From Thermoplasmata archaeon (GTDB lineage: Archaea > Thermoplasmatota > Thermoplasmata > Lutacidiplasmatales > SKW197): DNA of 31,615 nt. The notes under the pieces are model-generated. The model saw only the letters and a list, made by a program, of their open reading frames with translations. It was not told the DNA's origin and made no database searches. The position numbers were made by a program, and so were the translations under genes. The stretch spans positions 1 to 31,615 of the forward strand of contig JAWACX010000001.1 in the NCBI GenBank assembly GCA_038896575.1, given 5' to 3'. Shown piece after piece: positions 25,217 through 31,615 of the stretch (the stretch's first letter is position 1; each line of letters opens with the position of its first letter).

Positions 25217-26187
25217 ACTCCTTCTTTGTACTTTTTTGTCTCCCTGAACTTTTTCTTTATTTCCTCAAGTAACTCCCCAATCCCATCACCAGTCTCCGCA
25301 GAGATTACAAGCCTTTCTGTTTTCCTCCTTGCGAGGTCCGCTTTCGTTTCCGCAACAATGAAAATTGCATCCCTGAACTCTTCCTGCAAGTTTCTCAAAA
25401 GTGCTTCCTGCGCCTCCACCTCTCCTGAGTAGCCAGTAGGGTCTATCAGAAAGAGAATTATATCCGCGAGGTGCCTGAGGGCAAGAATTGTCTGCTTCTC
25501 AATGTTGTTTCTCTCATTTAATTGCCTATCCAGAAGCCCGGGTGTATCTATGAACTGGTATTTTACAAGGTTGAGGGTGGCATGACCCATTATCAGACCT
25601 TTTGTTGTGAAGGGATATGGTGCAATCTCTGGCTCTGCAGAAGAAATCTTTTTCACGAGTGTGGATTTACCCACATTCGGAAAACCAGCAATCACAACTG
25701 TTGGAAGCGTGACATCAATATGTGGGATTTGTAGGAGAGCATCCCGGGACTTGTTCAGAAAATCCAGTTCTGGAGCAACCTGTTTTATCACTGAACTAAC
25801 CCTCCCGTAGTATTCCTTCTTTATTTTTCCTATATCCCCTGCTGCATCTGCACGCCTAAGCTTTTCCTTTGTCTCCTTCGCTATCTTTTCCACTGTCTGG
25901 CTGCACCACTTAATTGCCGCGAGGGCGTGATGAAGTTTTTCACATCCAATCAGTATCTCCACTAGTTCCTTCTCAAAGGGTGAGAGCTTTTCAATAATTG
26001 GGAAGGTTTTTTCGTAGCGTGCCAGTGTCTGGACTACATTTGCCTCCACACAATCAATCTTGGCATTTACAAGATTTTTTGCATCGGCGACCCTGTTCCC
26101 TGTATGCTTTACAGTGACTGATGCGGCCTTCCTCAGAACTTTCCCAATGAGTTCATTGCTCCTGAGCACGGTCGGGATTTCCTTCAT
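25213..26187 (-). CDS. NOG1/GTPBP4-family GTPase
   Basis: GFPNVGKST, PYPFTTK, DTPGLLDR, N.IE.Q..LAL, TKAD; helical N-terminal domain. Start moved to 26187. Confidence 0.93.
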   Translation of the reverse strand: MKEIPTVLRSNELIGKVLRKAASVTVKHTGNRVADAKNLVNAKIDCVEANVVQTLARYEKTFPIIEKLSPFEKELVEILIGCEKLHHALAAIKWCSQTVEKIAKETKEKLRRADAAGDIGKIKKEYYGRVSSVIKQVAPELDFLNKSRDALLQIPHIDVTLPTVVIAGFPNVGKSTLVKKISSAEPEIAPYPFTTKGLIMGHATLNLVKYQFIDTPGLLDRQLNERNNIEKQTILALRHLADIILFLIDPTGYSGEVEAQEALLRNLQEEFRDAIFIVAETKADLARRKTERLVISAETGDGIGELLEEIKKKFRETKKYKEGV

Positions 26188-26218
26188 CGCACACCCTTTG
26201 GATGCAACTAACACCAAG

Positions 26219-26226
26219 TATATAAA
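26219..26226. promoter_or_regulatory. Single TATATAAA/TTTATATA element between divergent nog1 and arsC
   Basis: 22 nt before the arsC ATG (26249) and 31 nt before the nog1 ATG (26187) on the other strand. Confidence 0.5.
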
Positions 26227-26248
26227 TGAGTGCCTCCTTTTTCCTCTC

Positions 26249-26671
26249 ATGCCAAAGAAAAAAGTGCTCGTGCTCTGCGTCCATAACTCCGCCCGCTCCC
26301 AGATGGCTGAAGGGTTTATAAGGGCAATTTATGGTGTTGATGTTTATAGCGCTGGCTCTGAGCCCACATATTTGCATCCCCTTGCTGTTGAAGTTATGAA
26401 AGAAGTTGGGATTGATATTTCAAACCAGCGTGCAAAGCATCTCTCAGAGTTCAAAGGAATGAAATTTGACCTCGTGCTAACGGTGTGTGGGCATCCCGAT
26501 GAAACAGGTGAAGAATGCCCTTTTTTCCCGGGTGCGAAGAAGTATATTCACAAAAGTTTTGAAGAACCAGACAGAAAGGAGTTAAGTGATGTGGAAAAGC
26601 TGGAGAAATTCAGGAAGGTAAGGGATGAACTCAGGGAGTGGGTGATGGAACTGGAACATGAATTTGTTTGA
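26249..26671 (+). CDS. arsC: Arsenate reductase ArsC / low-molecular-weight phosphatase family
   Basis: CVHNSARSQMAEG (CX5R), SAG, V..MKEVGIDIS, TVC...CP. Start moved from 26060 to 26249. Confidence 0.88.
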   Translation: MPKKKVLVLCVHNSARSQMAEGFIRAIYGVDVYSAGSEPTYLHPLAVEVMKEVGIDISNQRAKHLSEFKGMKFDLVLTVCGHPDETGEECPFFPGAKKYIHKSFEEPDRKELSDVEKLEKFRKVRDELREWVMELEHEFV

Positions 26672-26743
26672 GGCCTACCCTGGAATTGGGGTCTCAGTTA
26701 TGTTTATAAGTAAGGGAAGTATGTAGGATTAAAGGTGCATGAA

Positions 26744-27508
26744 ATGGAAGAAGTGGTAGTAAAACTGAGCAAGAGGCCAAAGCTCAAAAAACCTATATTT
26801 CTGGAGGGCTTGCCCGGGATCGGGAGCGTCGGGAAGATTTCCGGGGAATACATCAAAAACTCACTGGATGTGGTCAAATTCGGGACAATAATTTCAAAGC
26901 ATTTTCCGCCCCAGGTATTCCTGAGAGAGGATGGAACTGTAAAGATTGTGGACAATGAGTTGTTCTATTACAGGGGCAAAACCAGAGACATAGTTTTACT
27001 TGTTGGAGATTATCAGGGTCTCACACCTGAAGGGCAATATGAGATTACAGATAAACTTCTTACCCTACTCCAGAGTCTCGGTGTTAAAGAGATTTACACT
27101 GTTGGTGGCTATGGTGTTGGCAGGTTTGTTGAGAAACCAAGGGTGTTCGGTGCCGCCACAAACCCGGAAATCGTTGAAAAATTAAAGAAGTATGATGTGG
27201 TGTTTTCAAGGGATGAGCCAGGCGGTGGAATAGTTGGAACAATCGGTCTCCTTGTTGGCTTGTGCAGTGATTATGGAATGGAAGGGCTCTGCCTGATGGG
27301 TGAAACCCCTGGCTTTTACGACGACCCTGTTGCAGCCTACTCCGTGCTTTCTGTGCTCGTGCCCTATCTTGGCCTTGAGGTTGACCTGGAGCCACTGCGA
27401 AAGTTAAGCGAAGAAACACTGGAAAGATTGAAACAGATGCCTTTCGAGCCGAGGCCGGGAAAGGAGCCACCAATCCCGCCAAGAGAGGACCTCTCTTACA
27501 TCGGGTAA
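26744..27508 (+). CDS. PAC2-family proteasome assembly chaperone
   Basis: EGLPGIGSVGKI, FPPQV, LLVGDYQ, TVGGY, GIVG..GLL, CLMGET, DP.AA. ATG 26744 behind AGGTG. Confidence 0.9.
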   Translation: MEEVVVKLSKRPKLKKPIFLEGLPGIGSVGKISGEYIKNSLDVVKFGTIISKHFPPQVFLREDGTVKIVDNELFYYRGKTRDIVLLVGDYQGLTPEGQYEITDKLLTLLQSLGVKEIYTVGGYGVGRFVEKPRVFGAATNPEIVEKLKKYDVVFSRDEPGGGIVGTIGLLVGLCSDYGMEGLCLMGETPGFYDDPVAAYSVLSVLVPYLGLEVDLEPLRKLSEETLERLKQMPFEPRPGKEPPIPPREDLSYIG

Positions 27509-28167
27509 ATCAGGGAGGCCTTTTTCCCATTCACGAGTACCCTTGCAATTTTTTCTGGCAGTGCGGCAATATCTCCTTTCCTGTAAAACAGGTCCTTTTC
27601 AGGCAGGGCAATGGAGCTCTCGGTTAAAAACACCACTACAAGGTTCTTCTTTTCAGATTTCTTAATTCCTTCAAGGTTCTCTGGCTGTGGTAGTGTTTTC
27701 ATCTGGGGGCTCGCTGGTCCAGTAATTTCCATGGCCTTAACAGGAGGTGGCTGAATAACTGGTCTGGCCTGCAAGGATTTATCCCATAGCCAGACATTTG
27801 CAACAAACTGGGCAATCACAGCCATGATTCCCTCAAGGAATCTCTTTTCCTCTTCTGTCAAGGAGTTCTGGAATTCGGGGTCAGGGTGAAGGTAGTGGTC
27901 CAGGCTCTGCTTCAGAATCTTTATTGTTCGCATGTGCACAGTGTTCTCAAGGTCCTTCCTTGCTCTCTCATACTCCCTTCTTGCCATTTCTGTACTCTTT
28001 GACTCAGGATTTGCAGCAAGTTCTTTCTGATACCTTTCCCGCAGTTTCTGGATGCATTCCATGGATGCCTTGTAAAAATCCTTCCTCACCTTTGTCAGTA
28101 TTTTTGATTTTTTCTCCTTATCATAGATGAGTGCAAGCTCTGAAACTGTGAGTTCTTTCTCATTCAT
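27496..28167 (-). CDS. DNA replication GINS subunit (Gins51-type, A-domain then B-domain)
   Basis: L......E.....L..V..DFY helical A-domain, LTEEE..F, Pro-rich linker, C-terminal V.FL......L.....Y.KGDIA.LP...A..LV B-domain. Confidence 0.78.
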   Translation of the reverse strand: MNEKELTVSELALIYDKEKKSKILTKVRKDFYKASMECIQKLRERYQKELAANPESKSTEMARREYERARKDLENTVHMRTIKILKQSLDHYLHPDPEFQNSLTEEEKRFLEGIMAVIAQFVANVWLWDKSLQARPVIQPPPVKAMEITGPASPQMKTLPQPENLEGIKKSEKKNLVVVFLTESSIALPEKDLFYRKGDIAALPEKIARVLVNGKKASLIYPM

Positions 28168-28256
28168 TCAAACAGGGAACGGTGCAGGGATATTAGATTT
28201 TTCGCCACATTTGAAAGGGTGGACAGGGTGGGGATAAAAGCCTCGCAACAAATGCC

Positions 28257-28264
28257 TTTATATA
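28257..28264 (+). promoter_or_regulatory. TATA box TTTATATA, leaderless galT promoter
   Basis: 24 nt before ATG 28289. Confidence 0.65.
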
Positions 28265-28288
28265 ATAGATGTGAATTAGTATTCCCCA

Positions 28289-29290
28289 ATGCCCGAACTG
28301 AGGAAGGATTATATCACGGACTGCTGGGTTGTAATCTCCACAGAGAGAGCCCAGCGGCCCTCTGATTTCAGGAGAGAGCCAGAGATTCCGACTTCAAAAG
28401 ATACCTGTCCTTTTTGCCCTGGCAGGGAGCACATGACCCCACCGGAGGTTCTCGCTTATAGGCCTGGTAATACGGCGCCCAACACACCGCAATGGTGGCT
28501 CCGTGTTGTGCCAAACAAATTCCCGGCCCTGAGAATTGAAGGTGATGTTAACCATAGAATTGTCCAGGTTTTCAACAGGATGAACGGAGTTGGAGCCCAT
28601 GAGGTGATAATAGAGAGCCCTGACCATGATGCCACAATTGCCACAATGCCTTTGAAGCAGGTGGAAGAGATTGTGAATTCCTACAAGGATAGATACCTGG
28701 ACTTGAAAAAGGATACGAGGTTTAAATACATGCTTATCTTCAAAAATCATGGCAGGGGTTCAGGGGCCTCACTCTCGCATCCTCACTCACAACTGATTGC
28801 CACACCGATGATTCCCAAGCACATTATGGAAGAACTCAGGGATGCTTACAACTACTACAGCTTTACTGGAGGCACCTGCATTTACGACGAGATTGTTTCT
28901 ACTGAGATGGAGGAGAGGGTGAGGATAGTCCTTGAAAACGAGTATTTCATCACACTCTCTCCCTTTGCACCCAGATTTCCATTTGAACTCTGGATTCTCC
29001 CGAAACGCCATGACCCCTATTTTGAGGACATGGACGACACCGAGCGCAGATACTTTGCAAGCATCCTCCAGGAAACACTTGTTAGATACTACAGGCTCCT
29101 GGATAATCCACCCTACAATTTCTACATCCACACAGCGCCATGCGATGGCAAGGATTACCGTTTTTATCACTGGCATCTGGAGATTACTCCGAGGCTCACA
29201 AATCCAGCAGGGTTTGAAAGAGGTACTGGTTTCTACATAAACCCGATGCCTCCAGAGGAAGCTGCAAGATTTCTGAGAGAGGGAAAGTAA
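28289..29290 (+). CDS. galT: Galactose-1-phosphate uridylyltransferase
   Basis: ELRKD, RAQRP, CPFCPG, VVPNKFPAL, HEVIIESPDH, GASLSHPHSQ (HPH catalytic motif), HWHLEI. Confidence 0.95.
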   Translation: MPELRKDYITDCWVVISTERAQRPSDFRREPEIPTSKDTCPFCPGREHMTPPEVLAYRPGNTAPNTPQWWLRVVPNKFPALRIEGDVNHRIVQVFNRMNGVGAHEVIIESPDHDATIATMPLKQVEEIVNSYKDRYLDLKKDTRFKYMLIFKNHGRGSGASLSHPHSQLIATPMIPKHIMEELRDAYNYYSFTGGTCIYDEIVSTEMEERVRIVLENEYFITLSPFAPRFPFELWILPKRHDPYFEDMDDTERRYFASILQETLVRYYRLLDNPPYNFYIHTAPCDGKDYRFYHWHLEITPRLTNPAGFERGTGFYINPMPPEEAARFLREGK

Positions 29291-29291
29291 C

Positions 29292-29843
29292 TTAAAGGTA
29301 TTCCTGCTGGACTTTCAGAACCTCACCGCTATCCCTTGAACTCGCATATCTCTCCAGCAACTCAAGGTTCATCTCAATGAATTTTTCTCCCCAGGTATAG
29401 ATGGAGAGTAACTTCTTTGCCCTCTCTTTTTCACCGATTATCCAGAGTGCAGCGGCACCAGCCTCAACGGTTGAGAGGATTGTTGGCATCCCGAAGTGCA
29501 CAGGATTTGCTGGAACAAGGAATGGAAGCACTCTCCTGCATCCAAAAACTGCATGAATCTTCTCAAGATTTTCTGGTATTCTGTTCTCCTCCCGTGCCCT
29601 CAGAATTTTTCTCCAGGAGCAGTCAATCAGTGTGATGCCCCCTCTCTCACAAATCTCCCTGTCTTCTGGCGAAAACGCGGTTTCGGCAAAAGGAGTGAGG
29701 AGAACTCCTTGCCTTGCTTTAATTCTAAACCTCTCAGCAAACCCAAACCTCTCCATTTTCCTACCCGTGCATTTCTTTGCATCGCACTCATGGAGATGCA
29801 CTATGTAAATCCTTACTTCAGAGCCTCTCACCGTCTCCCACAA
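29292..29843 (-). CDS. tsr3: 16S rRNA aminocarboxypropyltransferase (DUF367)
   Basis: ECDAKKCTG, LLTPF, IDCSW, R.LPFLVPANPVHFG, LSTVEA.AAAL, WGEKF..MN.ELLERY. Start uncertain (TTG 29843 or GTG 29831). Confidence 0.92.
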   Translation of the reverse strand: MWETVRGSEVRIYIVHLHECDAKKCTGRKMERFGFAERFRIKARQGVLLTPFAETAFSPEDREICERGGITLIDCSWRKILRAREENRIPENLEKIHAVFGCRRVLPFLVPANPVHFGMPTILSTVEAGAAALWIIGEKERAKKLLSIYTWGEKFIEMNLELLERYASSRDSGEVLKVQQEYL

Positions 29844-30792
29844 CCTTTTCCAGGATTACCTTTCCCTCAGAGATTTTTACCCCGTTTCCAATGATGCTTC
29901 GCTCTATCCTCACATTGTTTCCTATCTCAACATTATCAAAAATGACGCTCTCTGAAACAACTGTGCCTTCACCAATACTGCAATCATTTCCAATGCATGT
30001 ATTTGGCCCGAGCCTGTAACCCCTCCCCCTCAGATTCTTTCCCACTGCAACAGGCTCAAGCACATAACCCTCAATTGCCGATTCAATTTTCCCGAGACCC
30101 TGGGCGAGCAGAAATCTGTTTGTATCAAGAAACTCTGCGGGCTTTCCACAATCAATCCAGTAGCCACCGAATTCAAAACCATAAAGGCCATACTCAATCA
30201 CAGATGGAAAAACTGTTCGCTCCAGAGATACCTCACCATCTGGTATGAAATCCAGAATCTTCCTGCTGAATATGTAGATGCCTGCATTTATCTTTTTAGA
30301 AGGTGCCTCGGCAGGCTTTGGCTTCTCCTTGAATTCAAGAATTCTGCCGCTTTCGCCAAGCCTTACAACTCCATAGCTTTCTGGATTCTCAACCTCCCAG
30401 AGTGCGATTGTGCCTATGCCCCCATGCCTCTTATGAAAACCTTCCATCTCCTTAATGTTGACTGAAGAAAAATTATCTGCATTGAACACGAAGAATGGGT
30501 CTGTGAGGTAATCCCTGACATTCTTTATGGCACCACCAGTGCCAAGAGGTTTCTCCTCGTTCACCACCACAATCTCCCTTCCACAATCCAGATGTGCAAA
30601 AAATTCCCTTATCTTCTCAGCCATGTAACTCACTGCAAGCACAACCCTTGTCACATCCTCTGGAAAAGTGTCAATAAGGCGGAGAATCATTGGCCTATTT
30701 AAAACTGGCAAAAGGGGCTTTGGAGTGGTGTAGGTCAAGGGCCTCAACCTTGTGCCAAACCCTCCTGCCAGAATAACAGCTGTCTTTCCCAT
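29818..30792 (-). CDS. NDP-sugar synthase (mannose-1-P guanylyltransferase / sugar-1-P nucleotidyltransferase family) with a C-terminal left-handed beta-helix
   Basis: ILAGGFGTRLRPLT...PKPL, EEKPLGTGGA, NAD, EFKEKP, INAGIY, WIDCG, hexapeptide repeats. Confidence 0.92.
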   Translation of the reverse strand: MGKTAVILAGGFGTRLRPLTYTTPKPLLPVLNRPMILRLIDTFPEDVTRVVLAVSYMAEKIREFFAHLDCGREIVVVNEEKPLGTGGAIKNVRDYLTDPFFVFNADNFSSVNIKEMEGFHKRHGGIGTIALWEVENPESYGVVRLGESGRILEFKEKPKPAEAPSKKINAGIYIFSRKILDFIPDGEVSLERTVFPSVIEYGLYGFEFGGYWIDCGKPAEFLDTNRFLLAQGLGKIESAIEGYVLEPVAVGKNLRGRGYRLGPNTCIGNDCSIGEGTVVSESVIFDNVEIGNNVRIERSIIGNGVKISEGKVILEKVVGDGERL

Positions 30793-30798
30793 TTCCAC

Positions 30799-31020
30799 TC
30801 ATTCAGATTTGGGCATTATCGTGACAATGTTGTTTCCTCTCAGAATTATCGTGCCAAGTTTCCGCACATTTCCCTGATTGTTCTCTTCTGTGTCCTCCAG
30901 CACCATGTTCATGTATTCATCATACCCAATCAGCTTTCCCTCTATTATCCTATTATCCTTTAGCAAGAGAGCCACTCGCTTGTTCATTGTTTTTTCCAGG
31001 ATGTTTAGCGGCATCACCAT
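30799..31020 (-). CDS. Sm-like archaeal protein (SmAP/Lsm)
   Basis: PL..L......V...LKD.R...GKL.GYDEYMNMVLED, ILRGNNIV (Sm1 and Sm2 motifs). Confidence 0.96.
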   Translation of the reverse strand: MVMPLNILEKTMNKRVALLLKDNRIIEGKLIGYDEYMNMVLEDTEENNQGNVRKLGTIILRGNNIVTIMPKSE

Positions 31021-31071
31021 GGTAATCCCTGATTACTCCCAAACATACGGATAATTTAAAGGTTTTGGAAG

Positions 31072-31614
31072 CTAACCCCTTTTCCTTGCCAAAATGTAAA
31101 CACTTATTCCCCGCAGAAAAATTGAAGAGGGGATTTCAGAAAACAATTCCCGGATTTCACTTAACCTCAGACTGTGTTTGAGTGCTTCTTCCAGAACACC
31201 ATACTCTTCCCTTTTCCTACAAATTTCTGGCAGGAGGGAGAGACCCTCATAGTATGTATCAGAAAAGCACATCTTACCGCCGGGCTTAAGCACCCGGCAA
31301 CATTCATCCAGAAGCTTCACCGGACTTGAAACAACCTTCAAAAAACCCCTGCACACAATCAGGTCAAAGAGTTCGGTTTTGAAGGGCAGCGCAAGGGCAT
31401 CTCCAATAACGAACTCCAGGTTATTGCACCCCTTTCTCCTCGCCCTCTCCTTTGCATACTCTATCATCTCCATAGAGATATCAAGACCGACAATTTTTGC
31501 ATCTTTCCACCGCTCCGCAAGGGCACAGGAGAGTATTCCCGGCCCCGATGCAACATCCAGCACTATTTTTGGCTCCTCTGCATTCAAAAAAATAAAATCT
31601 GCAAAGACCCTGTA
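31072..31614 (-). CDS. Class I SAM-dependent methyltransferase (UbiE-like), 5'-truncated by the window edge
   Basis: VLDVASGPG, GLDIS.EM, GDALALPF, FDLIV, RVLKPGG. The frame stays open from 31587 to the window end (YRVFADFIF). Confidence 0.88.
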   Translation of the reverse strand, partial: YRVFADFIFLNAEEPKIVLDVASGPGILSCALAERWKDAKIVGLDISMEMIEYAKERARRKGCNNLEFVIGDALALPFKTELFDLIVCRGFLKVVSSPVKLLDECCRVLKPGGKMCFSDTYYEGLSLLPEICRKREEYGVLEEALKHSLRLSEIRELFSEIPSSIFLRGISVYILARKRG

Positions 31615-31615
31615 A

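Noticed and set aside
3250-26248. Extended N-termini in the ORF track (gltX from 3250, amidohydrolase from 15529, CDF from 20718, arsC from 26060, nog1 from 26250)
   Set aside because: The extensions run through promoters or opposite-strand genes. TATA/SD positions and family N-termini point to the downstream starts.
5112-27482. Long antisense or alternative-frame ORFs (e.g. 5112..5624, 12789..13316, 18667..19281, 22171..22803, 24290..24844, 27084..27482)
   Set aside because: They are shadows of well-supported genes on the opposite strand or in another frame, and have no domain motifs.

Overview
A compact, gene-dense piece of an archaeal chromosome, most consistent with Thermoplasmatota (inferred from the gene set and style, not from a search). 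It holds archaeal GluRS, Hjc, single-gene GINS, Tsr3, SmAP, a PAC2 proteasome chaperone, a NOG1 GTPase and DnaK. TTTATATA boxes sit 23-24 nt before several ATGs, which suggests leaderless mRNAs. About 33 CDSs, two tRNAs (Cys-GCA, Leu-GAG) and one box C/D guide RNA are supported. No transposase, integrase, CRISPR array or rRNA was found. Most genes are housekeeping or amino-acid/sugar-nucleotide metabolism. The most unusual items are: (1) a 181-aa protein with a zinc finger whose inner Cys spacing matches the eukaryotic FYVE domain, including an RRHKC motif, coupled to an M20 hydrolase; (2) an intergenic box C/D sRNA at 219-279 with its own promoter and terminator, whose D guide maps to 16S C1402 by the +5 rule; (3) a large Ig-repeat surface protein with a cytoplasmic C4HC3 RING/PHD-like tail; (4) a membrane-anchored six-zinc-ribbon/HhH/TPR protein divergent from a stand-alone dnaK; (5) a tRNA-Cys with A73 instead of the usual U73. 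Start codons were revised from the ORF track where TATA or SD evidence supports it. All family calls come from motif recognition; no database searches were run.
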